Assembly: GCA_964016885.1 (NCBI GenBank)
Contig: OZ024743.1
Coordinates: forward strand, 312,108,001 to 312,172,000
Source of the DNA: Eledone cirrhosa
Taxonomy: Eukaryota
Length of the DNA: 64,000 nucleotides
Direction: 5' to 3'
Positions 40,594 to 53,345 of this stretch are shown one piece after another. The position numbers and the translations under genes are program-made. A model generated the notes under the pieces. That model had not been told where the DNA came from. It saw nothing but the letters and a program-made list of their open reading frames with translations, and ran no database searches. Every line of letters starts with the position of its first letter. The first letter of the stretch is position 1.

Positions 40594-41636
40594 CAATGTT
40601 TCATATTAACTATACTACATAATTTCATATTTTAAAAATATTAAATGCCTTCATTACCACAATTCTAATAAAGTACGCTACCTATGATTTGCAAATATTT
40701 TTTGAAATATTCAAAAATCTAAAGGGATTTAGTAATATAATTAACTTTCTCATTATTTAGCTTGTGTTGGGAACATTATAGGTTCTGACATCAAACTTTT
40801 TTTATAATGCTGGTACCATGATAAAACACAACTAGTATGCTCTGTGAAGTGGTTGGTCTTCCAGTCATGGAAACTATGCCAAAAATAGTTGAGAGGACAT
40901 TCAAGTTATGACAAAGCAACCTTTCTAGTGCTAGTGTCACAAAAAATGCACCCAGTACAGTATGCAAGGTGGTTGGTAATAGGAAGAGCATCCAGCTGTA
41001 GAAGCCATGTGAAAAAAGGGTCAAGAAAATTTTTCAGTTGAGTCAAGGGTATAACAACCTCCCTAGTGTTAGAGCCAGAAGAATATGCTCCTGGAACACT
41101 CTGTTGACTACATCAACATACATAGGTGAGAAGTGGGTCCCCAGCCCATCTGAGGGGTGAGTAGCACCAATAAAGTACTGATTTGGTCTGTGAGGACCCA
41201 TTGAACCCTTGCTAGCAGACATTAAATGGTGATAATGATGATAAACACTCTAAACAGTCTTTGATCACAAAAATAGGGACAGTTTCAAGTAATTTGGTAT
41301 AAAAAGAACCTAATGGAATTCTGACCTAAAATTTATGACTTAAAACATAGTTCACATATAAAAACAGATTTAGCTGATACACAAAGCAGGTGGGGGAAAT
41401 ACAATTAAATGAAATTTACAACACATAACTATGCAGGTTTACATGGCCTCATATGAGGTTGCATCTCATAGGTTTCTTGGAGGTTTTAATGATAGGGACC
41501 CCTAATTTTATCGTGAAAAGGAACATGAAATGAAGTGTCATGCTCAAGAACCTAACATAGTACTTGATCCAAGAATAGAATACATGACTTTATGATCCAC
41601 TGGGTGATAAAACTGTCCTCACTGATTAGTATAACC

Positions 41637-41957
41637 CAGTGGTTCCCAACCGTTTATGTACCATGCCCCACCTCAAAATCCCAAAAATTGTTATGCTTCC
41701 TTTGATATAAAAATAGAGATAATCAACTACAAAGTGTAAACAAATTGGCATATAGGTGGTGCCAGATGTACAATAACGTGTGAAGATGAAACAGGAGTTT
41801 CTGAGAGTAATATGTACCAAAATTACCTTGGTGTAAAAGTAATAAGGTAAAACCTGTAGTTTGTTCTCATTAACATCATTTTCAAATTGCTCCCCCTCCC
41901 CCTTAAATATTCAAATTGCCCCTCTGTAGGACATGTGCCCTACATTGGGAATCACTG
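41637..41957. mobile_element. hAT-type MITE
   Basis: TIRs CAGTGGTTCCCAA and CAGTGATTCCCAA. Degenerate 8-bp TSD GTATAACC/GTGCAGCC. Confidence 0.75.
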
Positions 41958-42506
41958 GTGCAGCCTTACTCTTTTGTAGTGTTAGTTTGTATTTTGGGAC
42001 TATATTTTATAGTGTACATGTTACCCACCAACATTATTAGGGTTGCTACTAGCAAGCCTCACTCACTATTTTGTAGTGTTAGTTTGTATTTGCGACTATA
42101 CTATAGTATATTCCATAGTGTACATGTTACCCACCAACGTCAATAGGGTTGCTACTAGCAATCTATAGAATATGATGCTCTATATTGATTATAGTGTATT
42201 TCATTGTTTGCTCATCATTATGGACATTAAATAGTATTTGTGAATTGAAGTATAGAATCTCTAATTGATTTGGACATATGTATGATTGTGTTTAGGCAAT
42301 GGGATAGGTATTCTTTTATACTTTTTACTGGTTTCAGTTATTAGACTGCAGTCTAGACTGTGGTCATGCTGGGACACTGTTCTGAAAGGATTTTGCTCAA
42401 TCATATTAACCCCTGTACTTCATTTTTTTTTTGTCACTTATTTTATAGATCTCTTTTTTTTTTTGTCTAACTGCTAAATTATGGGGGCTTATACGCAGTT
42501 GTACAC

Positions 42507-42544
<38 letters not shown>

Positions 42545-44965
42545 TCGGCTGTACAAAAAGAGTTTTATTTACAGTATTAACAATTGTTTCATTGATCAGG
42601 TGAGTCTAAAGGCTGCTAATCACTCGAAGTTGTGTCACTCGACCTTAAATACAGTGTGTGTCTCCCATAATACAAAGTACTCACAACCTCTAACTGGATT
42701 ACCTAAAACGATAACTTGTTATCCCATATACATATATATATGTATATGGATGTTAAACAATGATATATATATATATATATTTTTGGGGAGGGAATCGATC
42801 AACAAGATCCCAGACCGCATTCGCTTGCTGAGTGGGGTGGACCTCATCAAATTGGACTACTGTAAACGTGGTTGGTGTTAGGAAGGGCATCTAGCCGTAG
42901 AAAACCCACCAGACAGTCCTATAAAAGCAAGACAACCAATCTTGCCTCAAGTGGGAAAATTCCCATCCAAACCCATGCAAGCGTGGAAGATGGACGTTAA
43001 ACGCTGATGATGATGATGATGATGATGATGATATATATAAATATATATATCTATATAGGTGTCATGACAAAAAGCACCCAGTACTTACTGTAAATGTGGT
43101 TGGCATTAGGAAAGGCATCCAGCCATAGAAACCAAGCCCAAATCGGTTCTGTACGAGCAAGACATGGTCATCTGACCTGTCAAACAAATGCTAGCGTGGA
43201 AAATGGACATTAAACGGTGATGATGATGATGACGATAGGTATGCCAGGATTTACAACCAGTAGATAGTATCAGCAATGGAAAGACCAATGGAAACATTGT
43301 TTCCTGCTTCCTTGGTCCAATTTGATGAGGTCCACCCCACTCACAAGCGAATGCGGTCTGGGATCTTGTTGATCGATTAAAAAAAATAATATATATATAT
43401 ATATATATCATTGTTTAACATCCTTTTTTCCCTGCTAACAAAGATGGGCTTCTACAGTTTCCATTTTCAAAATTCCACTCACAAAGCATAGGTCAGCCTG
43501 AGGCTACAATAGAAGACACTACTTGCCCAAGGTGTCACACAGTGGGTTCGAACCCAAAATCACATGGCTGTGGAGCAAACTCTTTAACCTCACAGCCATG
43601 AAGTCTTTCCTCAGATGATTGATCGTATGCCAGTTTTGTATCAAATGACTTTCCTATATTATCTGGGTTCTTGCCTATATATATTAAATTTCTGTCTACA
43701 TAAAGTGTGAGTTCTCATGAATATTCTATAGAATATGGTGAAAATAGTATTGGTATTTCTGTTTTGAAGTATAAGTTATTTATTGTGCAATAAATCAGAA
43801 GGTGCATGACCTAGTGGTTAAAGTGGTGGACTCACAATCAAAATGTTTGAGTTTGATTCCCAGACAGTGCGCTTGTTCTTGAGCATGACACTTCACCTCA
43901 CATTGCTTTTTCATGATAGGACTGAAGCCCATATCATTAAAACACTGAAGAAATCTCCTACAATATCCCACCTCATATGAAGCCAGCTAAATCTAAATAG
44001 GTGTGCATGGTAACAACACTGGGGGCCCTATCATTAAAACACCCAAGAAATCTCCTATGAGATGTAACTTCATAGAAAGCCAGCTAAATCTACATAGGTA
44101 TGAGCTGTAACAACAACATACATGTGTATGTATGATATGACTATGCCCTATCATTAAAACATCCAAGAAACATCTTACAAGTTTCAGCCACATAAGAGGC
44201 CAACTAAACCTACACAGGTGTGAGCTGTAACATTTGCATTTACAAACATAAATTGTGATGAGTTGCATGATTGCATAATGTTTTATGGTAGGATGTTTGC
44301 GTATCATGGTGGTGTTAGTGTGTACATGGTGGTGTTAGTACTGGGAGTCACAGTACCAGATTTCACATAACAAACTCCTGTTATCATCATCACCGTTTTA
44401 CGTCCATTCTTCCACGCTAGCATGGATTAGATGGTTGACCTTGCCTTGCTCATACAGGAACTGATTCTGACTTGATTTCTACAGCTGGATGCCCTTCCTA
44501 ACACCAACTTCATTTACAGTGAGTGCTGGGTGCTTTTTTTCCGTGGCGCCTCATCACTAACATTATTTCATGTCTGTATTCCATACTGGCATGAGTTTGA
44601 TAGGTCATCACATTCTGAGACGAGACTGGTTGAAGAACTACATCGTGCTCAGGATGCCCTTCTGGGGACCAACCACATTACAGCGTATACTGTGTGTGTG
44701 TATGTGTGCATTTAACAGGGCACCAGCATTACCACATTAAAGAATGTATTGGATGCATTTTATCATGTCACCAACACTAACTAGGTTGTGCTGTAGTCAG
44801 CAAGAGTGAAGCCTCCTCTCTCCAGACCATCCAAAATGTGGCAGCTAGATAGTGAGAAGGTTACACCAGCACTGGGATGGTGTTATATTGACTCAAAAAT
44901 TAAGAAAAGTAAATTAGACTAAAGTAGAATTCAAAGAGTAAAGGGAGCTGAAACAGATATCTTAA

Positions 44966-45380
44966 CCCTTTAACATTTACATTATTCTATATTTACTATT
45001 GTATTTTCATGGCTTAATCTCGCATAATATCGAATCTGAGATTTTGATATTATTCATTTTGCAAACAATACCTTAACCCTTTAGCATTTAAACCGGCCAC
45101 ATCTGACCAGAATAATCTCACCTCTTTCTGTTCAAACCAGCTGTAACTGGCCGCTCATACTTATATTAAGGTATTATTCTCAAAATAAATAATATCAAAA
45201 TCTCGAAGATTCGATATTATGTGAGATAAAGCCTTTACCTCGAAAATACAATACAATAGCATATAGAGTAATGTAAATACTAAATGGTTAACATCAGTAT
45301 CAGTGGCCAGTTACAGCTGGTTTGAACAGAAATAGGTGAGATAATTCTGGCCGGATATGGCCGGTTTAAATGCTAAAGTG
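44966..45380. mobile_element. Self-nested pair of the same piggyBac-type MITE
   Basis: Inner copy 45077-45287 with TTAA duplication sits in the internal TTAA of an oppositely oriented outer copy. Confidence 0.9.
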
Positions 45381-46682
45381 TTAAAATAACTTTTCCAATG
45401 CTCTACCAACTCTGCCAAACTTATAAGATAAACATTGCATAGAACATGTTAACTAAACACTTGATTGGTTGCCCATTTGTTACCAACCTAACTGAGAAAG
45501 TATTTAGATTTATCTCAAAACTTGCATCATAATTTTACGAAAGAACATCATCATCATCATCATCATGACAATTTTACATTCATTTTCCATGCTGGCATGG
45601 TTTTAGATGGGTTGCCATATTCTGAGTTTTGAAAGATCAGGTGACCATGTCTTGGCCATACATTTCATATTTTGGTATGGTTTCTATGACTGGATGCCTT
45701 TTTTAATGTCATGAACTGGGTGTTTTTTATTATGGCAGTGGAACTACCACTTTAAAGAGAGGACAGGGTATTTTTTATTATGGCAGTAGAACTACCACTT
45801 TACAGAGAGGACTGGATGTTTTTTATTATGACAGTGGAACTAACACTTTACAGAGTGGACTGGGTGTTTTTTATTAAGGCAATGGAACTACCACATCACA
45901 GGAAGAGCTGGATGTTTCTTACCATAGCAGCAGCACTGCCACTTTACAGAGAGGACTGGGTGTTTTTGTCATGGTAGTAGCACTACTAATTTACAGAGAG
46001 GACTGGATGTTTTATATCATGGTCCCAGAACTTCCATTTTATAATATCAGAGTACAGGTTGTGTCCTCAGCCTGGCTGGGAAGGGCAGATGTGGATGTAG
46101 GATGGGAGTAGGGTGTTGCTTGCAGAAGTAGGAAGTTATCTCACAGTGGGAGATGGAGGAAGAGTAAGCATTGAGTTGTGCTGGTGGCCTTGAAAAGGGT
46201 GAGTGATATCTGGTAGTACATTGAGGAGGGCAGCCATCTTTCCATGTTGGATGAAGAAGGGAGAACCAAAGATGTGAGAGAGGAGGAGGAAGAGTAAGAA
46301 TTGGATTGGGGGGGGGGGGGGGGGGGCTTGAAGAAAGTGAGCAATGTCTGGTAATACTTGTTGGGGAGATGACATCCATCTTTTTATAGTGGCATGGGAG
46401 GAAAGAGGAATCAAGGATGTGAATGGGAAAGCCTAAGTTGTGTTTGTGTGGAGGGAAATTTAGATAGTGAGGGTGGGGATGGTAGTCAAGTATAAAAAAG
46501 GAAAGTAGCCTAACATGAGATTGGACCAAGGATACACTGTTGCCATTGCAAAGTACCTTGTCCAACTGTTCAACAATTCCACCAATCCACAGCCCTTGGA
46601 TTGATACTTTATTTTATTGATTCCCAAAAGGATGAAAGGTAAAGTTGACTTTAGTGAGATTTGAACTCATAGTATGCATTTC

Positions 46683-48859
46683 TGGTTATAAATGAGGTTA
46701 TGTAGGAGTAAAACATTGTTACAAAGGAACATTCAATTAAGGATTTTACTGACAGATTGGTTACAAATTGGTACAGTAGTATTGTTTTGATTTCATGAAT
46801 ATGTAAATAAATGTCAACGGCTGCAGAGAAAAACAACATACTTAATATCCATTTGCTGCAGACAGGTATATTTAACTATCAAATTCATTATACATAGCGA
46901 CAGGTAAATAGATATAAAGCTATTCTACTGATTTCAAAGGTAACCCTAAGAATTTACTAAGTGCTAAAACCTTCATAAAACCATCAAAGGAGTCCAACTC
47001 TTCAACAATTCCACCAATCCAAAGTTCTTGGATTGCTATTTTATCTTATTGACTCCCAAAAGGATGAAATGTAAAGTTGACTTTAGTGAGATTATGTAGA
47101 AAGCCAAAACAAATACTGAAGCATTTAATCTGATACTCTACCAACTCTGTCAATTCACCATTATTATTAGATATATGCCAACAACAATAACCCTTTTGAT
47201 ACCAAACCACCTGAAACTACACCTGATTCTGCAATACAAAACTGCATATTCTAAAGCGCTTATATTTATCTAAAAATCTTCCATCATAATTTTATATAAG
47301 AACTTTTGTTAAGTTATATTTCAAACACAAGCTTAATAATGGTTTCTGATTTAGACACAAGGCCAAGAATTTTGGGGGAAGAAGAAACCGATTAAATCGA
47401 CTCCAGTGGGTCACTGGTACATTATTTTATGGACCCCGTAAGGACAAAAGGCAAAACTAACCTTGGTGGGATTTGAATTAAGAATGTAAAGGGCCATAAC
47501 TATATGCTGCAAAGCATGTTGTCCACCACTCTATCAATACACCATCTTAATAATGAAAACGATTTGAAAATTTTAGGCAATGTCTTTCATTAGAAATAGA
47601 GTAACCAAAATATTAAATACTTCCAAGAGGAGCCATTTTCACGTGTAAGAGAGAGAAAAGCAAAAGGAAAGTGTATTTTTAATTAGATTGGGATAAAGCC
47701 AGCAAGTTGTGTGAAAGAGCAAAGATCATTTGTAGAATAATGGTAGAAGAGACGGAATGCAGGCAGTTATAGTTGGCTATAAAGTCGGTTAATCAATCTC
47801 CATTTTTATTTCAACACCCTCAAAATAACGGACCACTAGTATTTTAATTGAAAAATAATAAACTTAAGTGGTGGTCCGTGCTGTTACATTTACTCTTAAA
47901 TGGTCAACATATGTGAAGTAGTGCCACGCTACACTCATTAGAAACTAAGTTTGTTGTTATTTTACTGAACTCAACTAACAAAAAAACACTTAACATAATA
48001 CAGAAAGAAATTTTAGACGTGCCAACCTCTAAAAACCCCAAAGGGGAGTACTACGAAAAAAAGTGCCCCAAAACGAGGAGAAATGAGGCAAATGGGAAGA
48101 TTTTACATAATGAAAGTTATACCCATTTTTACAAGAGAAGTCATCATTCATCCACGCCATAGTGGGTGGGAGATCTCCCCATTGGATGGGGAGAGTTGAC
48201 AGGTCTGAAATTTCTACAGAGAATTATCAACAAACTATTTTTCTAGCATGTGATGTTCAAAACGTTTGGATGACAACGAATTTCTTGCCATCGTTGGTGG
48301 CTTGGTGGCTCGCCTTACTGAACTATCAGGTGATGCCCGTGAGTGTACTTGGTTGTTTCAGCACCTTAGACTCGCTATCACCTGGCTTTACCTAGGTATC
48401 AGGTGATGCTTGTGAGGGTGCTTGGTTGTTTCAGCGCCTTGGTTATATTGGAGTTGGTTGATAGTAGTTTGTAGTAGAGTCAGTCTGTGTCCAGAGAATA
48501 TGAGAAATATGAAGTTCTGATTATAAATGATGTTATGTAGGAGTAAAAAATTGTTACAAAGGAACTTTTAATTAAGAATTTTGCTGTGACAGACTGGTTA
48601 CAAATTGGTACAGTAGTATTGTTTTGATTTCACGAGAATAAATAAATGTCAACGAACAACTGCAGAGAAAAACAACATACTTAATATACATTTGCTGCAG
48701 ACAGGTATCTTTAACCATCGAATTAATTATACCTAGAGACAGGTAAATAGATATAAAGCTATTCTACTGATTTCAAAGGTAGCCATAAGAATTTATTAAC
48801 TGCTAAAACCTTAATAAAACCAACAAAGGAGTTCAACTTTTCAACAATTCCACCAATTC
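46683..48859 (+). repeat. Direct ~340-bp duplication (46683-47020 and 48517-48859)
   Basis: Both copies run 'ttataaatga.gttatgtaggagtaaaa...caggtaaatagatataaagctattctactgatttcaaagg...ttcaacaattccaccaat'. Confidence 0.9.
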
Positions 48860-49299
48860 ACACCTCTACGTGGCCTTGATCTGCAAGAAAATAGCAGCCA
48901 AATTTCCCTTAATTCGTACCTTACCGTCTAAAAAATGTCTAAAAATATGTTGGTTTAATATAGTATCAGATACATGACACTTGGGAACACGAAGTAAGAA
49001 GGTGGTCATTTCTGGAGTGTCTTGTCCTCTTAACAAGCATACTGTATCAGGGTCGACCTAGGGTTAAATAAGCAACCATAATTTCTTATTGCAATTGCGT
49101 TTAAAATTTTGAAAACAAAGTTAAAAGTCGGATTCCTGTGAAAATGTTAATTAATCAATTAATTTCATCAAGTAAATACTACATAATTCCAGATCATTGA
49201 AAGAGTTTTAACAAAGTGATAAAAAAGTCTATATTACAATCAAATAAAACTAATATATTTTTGTCTTAAAATATAAAAATCTGTGAAGAGAATCTTAAC

Positions 49300-49652
49300 T
49301 CTTTTCATACCAAACTGCCTGAAACTAATCCTAGATGTATGATAAAAAGCTGTTTATATTTATATAAAAACTATCCATCATAATTTTATGTGAAAACCTT
49401 TAAGTTATGTTCCAAACACCCCTGGTTCTACGATAAAAAAAAAAGCTGTTAGTTTTGAAGTGTTAATATTATCTAAAATCCTTCCACCATAATTTTATGT
49501 AAGAACCTTTGTTAAGTTATGTCCCAATTACAAGCTTGACTACAAGAAAGTTAGTGATATTATTAAATCCCTCTACAAATTTTTCATTATTTAAAAAATA
49601 TCATAAAACCATAGACAGCGTATTTCATTAGAAGTATGTTAGCGAAATGGTT
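49300..49652. mobile_element. Second TTAA-flanked MITE family; copies near 3325-3775, 17860-18095, 19775-20250, 21930-22150, 47190-47615
   Basis: Shared 'tttgataccaa..cctgaaac...ctttgttaagttatgttccaaacacc...catttcattagaaatatggtaac' body with ttaa flanks. Confidence 0.6.
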
Positions 49653-50361
49653 AAAACATTTTCAGTAAATCCAAAATAAGCTGTAAATTTCGACTATGCA
49701 CATCTCCTAAAATCAGGTCAAGATGTGCCAAAGTTAGAAATCTTTATTATTATTATCATTCCTCCTCCAGCATGTGTCATTCTTACCAATAGACACATAT
49801 TTATTAGATTTCAAGTTATGGAAATGATGTTTATCATAATAAAAATCTTGCATTCTACGAAAGTTAACCGAAAAATCTAATGCCAAAAGAATAATTGTTA
49901 TGAAAATCGAAATAATACATTAAAATTATTACAATGAAACTGTTTGATGCTTATATATACTGTACATATTTACCATCATAATATTTAACGAAAGTAAGAA
50001 AAACAGATATTTCGTGCTTATTCTTAAGGAGATATTAAGTAACAGTTGTTACTTAATAATAGGTATCTCACCTAGGTGAGGTTTGCTTTATCTTGTTAAA
50101 TGAACAAAATCAACAAGGTAACTAATCAAGATTAATTAAGACTTTTCAAGACAATTGTCGAGTGCATGTATATATATATATATATCCTTATCGAGCCCTC
50201 TTTGGATTTTAGTCTTCAAATTTATTATTATTACTATATATATATATATGGAGATAAGTTAAATGTAAGTTGATATATATTTAACGGCGATGAATTAGTT
50301 TTGCGAGGTTTTTTATATATTTATATTTATTTATATATATAGAGAGAGATGATAACTCGTT

Positions 50362-50487
<126 letters not shown>

Positions 50488-51385
50488 AGAGGTGAAAATG
50501 TAATGCGAACACATCAAAATAGTGGAGATCAGTGTTGACACTGCAGTAGTAAGAAATTGGCCGCCAAGTTATTATTATTACATCTAGGTTTCACACAATA
50601 AACACTTGATCGAGAAAAACTAGATTTTCCTGACGTTTTTCTAAACAATAAAGCATGCTGTCTTCCTCCCACTTCTTGGCACTAATATGTTTTTTCTTCT
50701 TAACGAAAAGCAAGCACTGAATAGCTGTCTCCATCTCCACACATACACTATACATATATATGTGTGTGTGGATAAGATGTTAATAATTGAGGCTGGTAAG
50801 AAAGACTATTATTTAACTTAGTTCTCTATAGTTTAAAGAATACATGGTGTAGATATTATTTAAAGACAGTTCCCATTCTATCGTTGAAATGAAATGTTAA
50901 CGTATGATGCTTTTAAATAAATAACAAAAGCAGAGACGAGAGAAAGAGGAAAGCAAACTAGCCGAATTAAAGATATCTTTCAGAGCTACATCTGATCTAT
51001 TCACATGTGATTCTAATTTATCAGATATTTTCCCTTCATTTTTGATTAAGAGAAGAAAAACTCGAGTGGAAAGGAAATTTGGGGTAATTTTAGGGAACTC
51101 AGCTGAAAAACAGACCGGTAATTTTTATATGCAATAAATAATTTCACGATATATTCAACGATTAGACTTTCAATAAATGTTTTAGTGAATATCGTTGGGT
51201 TTTAATGGATCTAAAAATACAATGCTGGCTAGTAAACAAATGTCTGTGTGTCTATAATATTAACTATCAGCTCCCTTCCCTCTCTCATCTGCACGTTTCA
51301 AGTACTCAACGAGCGCGCACCTTTCGGGTAAAGAAAAATGACAAGGATAAGCCCAAAAGTTTAGTCATATTCAAAGAATACTCAC

Positions 51386-51496
51386 CAGAATAGTACAACT
51401 TGGATCGCATGAATCCCCCGTAAAAAGGCGCACGAATTCTCCAAAGGTAAACAATAACACAAACACGTAAAACAATAACACTAAACAACTACTCAT
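51386..51496 (-). CDS. IL-17-receptor-like type I membrane protein, coding exon 1 (signal peptide)
   Basis: gccgaccATG start. Reads MSSCLVLLFYVFVLLFTFGEFVRLFTGDSCDPSCTIL (hydrophobic signal peptide, 37 codons). Ends CTG|GTGAGT in phase 0, matching exon 2. Confidence 0.85.
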
Positions 51497-51530
51497 GGTC
51501 GGCCATATTTGAAGTCACATGACAGAACTA
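51497..51530 (-). promoter_or_regulatory. Proximal promoter/5'UTR with an E-box (GTCACATGAC) and a YY1-like AAATATGGCC
   Basis: Near-palindromic GTCACATGAC at 51514-51523 and AAATATGGCC immediately upstream of the start codon. Motif match only. Confidence 0.4.
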
Positions 51531-52779
51531 ACTCTAAAAACCAGTTTATGATGATGCAGCGAACACCATCAATACCACCAACATCATCTTCGTCTGCTCT
51601 GTCTTCACCGTCTTATATTGCTCAGCTTCTTTCTTCACCTTAACGAGAAAGCTACTCTCTATTACCGATAACCAAACAATAGATAAAGAATAGCTCTACA
51701 CTCTTAAGTTCAAATCACACCGGTTATCATATTGTCATTCATTCATTCATAAAACATGAACCAGCTAAGAAGGGATTTCAGACGACTATATACTATATAT
51801 ACATACATATATACACATATATATACATTTTCTTACAACTTGCCTATTCAAAATAAAATATTACAAAAACTAAAAATTATTAAGCCGTATTTTGTCAGTA
51901 AGTTTCAATTTCATGAAATAAGTAAAAATGTATTTTGTGAAACATTGATTATTTACAATTAGATGACGATTTTGGGGGTTTTTTTTCATTTATGTAATTT
52001 TTAATTCTGTTGTTGCTATCGTTGTCGTTCGTCATTGTTGCTTTACATTTTTCATACATCAAAGATTAAAGCATTCTCAGCATATAATTTAGGTACAGCT
52101 ACTGCATACCAGAGAACCACACTGAACACTTTTTTGCGTAGGAGGGTATAGGATTATTTTAATTTAATTTATTTTTTTTGTTTTGTTTTTTTTAATGACT
52201 TTATAAGAGGGGTTATGGCATCGGGAAGAGGTGGAGGGGAGCGCAGACGACAGAGCTGCATTAGCACCAACGGAGCCAGGCGTGGACTTCAAATGCAGCA
52301 ATTGAAGCAAGGTCTGCTTTTCCAAAACAACAGTTCAGACACAATAAGCACTGCAACTTTACAAGAGACTGAAACCAGAGTACATACTCCATTCAGGGTC
52401 GGATTATTCGGGGGCGGCGGGAGTGAATGCCCTAACCCCCACCCACCTCTTTTTATTCCTCTCTCTTCCTGCTTATGTATGTATATCATCATCATCATTG
52501 TTTAACGTCCATTTTCCAGGCTAGCATGGGTTAGACGGGTTGTCACATTAGAGGCAAGTTGGGCTAGGTGACTGTCTTGCTCATATAAAACTGTTTCTGG
52601 CTAGGTTTCTACGACTGGATGTCCTTCCTAATGCCAACCACATTTACAATGTGTGCTGGGTGTTTTTTGTCATGACTCCTACACGACCACTTTGCAGTGT
52701 GAGCTGGATGCATTCTGTTGTGATACCAACATAACTTTATATTCAAATGGTGGTGTAAACAGAAGTGGGTGGATTTTTC

Positions 52780-53345
52780 CCATAAAATCTGTCCAGTGAT
52801 TCTTTCCTGAGACATTCTAATCACATGCCCATAGTATTGGAACTGTGATCTCTTAATTCGGAAAACTACCAGCTCTACCTGAAGTGACTCTCTTATCTCT
52901 GAGCTATGCACTCTATCGAGTAACATTACTCCAAAGACCCTTTGAAGGAGCCCCATTTTGGCTGTTTATATTCGCAATCGTATTCCTTTGGTTATTCCCA
53001 AAGATTCATAAGCGTAGCTAAGGGTTAGCACAAATACTGAATTGAAGATAGCAAATTTGGCTTTTACACCAATCTCCCTTCTTTTGATGACTGAATGCTG
53101 AAGCTGGCACATTACTGCACCAGCTGCTGCAATTATTGCACTTAATTCTGCCTCATGCCTTCTATCACTTGTGAACATGGCCCTAAGATACTTAACCTTC
53201 TCCACCTGATTCAATGGAACTCCGGTCACATTTAGAGTGCTCTGCACAAGCTTCCTTAAAAGTATGAGTGTCCAAGTCTTCGCAGCACTGATGTTCATTC
53301 CTGTTATGCAGCACTTGACTTGAATTTGCAATAATATTCTTTCGG
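52780..53345 (-). mobile_element. RTE-like LINE fragment, second family
   Basis: QVEKVKYLRAMFTSD...RIKRSQFQYYGHVIRM. Confidence 0.8.

Noticed and set aside
46683-48859. Direct repeats as LTRs of a small LTR element
   Set aside because: No TG...CA ends, TSD, primer-binding site or gag/pol remnant recognised.
51068-51100. Possible NF-kB sites early in intron 1
   Set aside because: Only partial matches to GGGRNNYYCC, as expected by chance.
51306-51488. ORF-track protein MFSVIVLRV...
   Set aside because: Wrong frame. The ATG-initiated frame from 51496 gives the signal peptide and the phase-0 donor.
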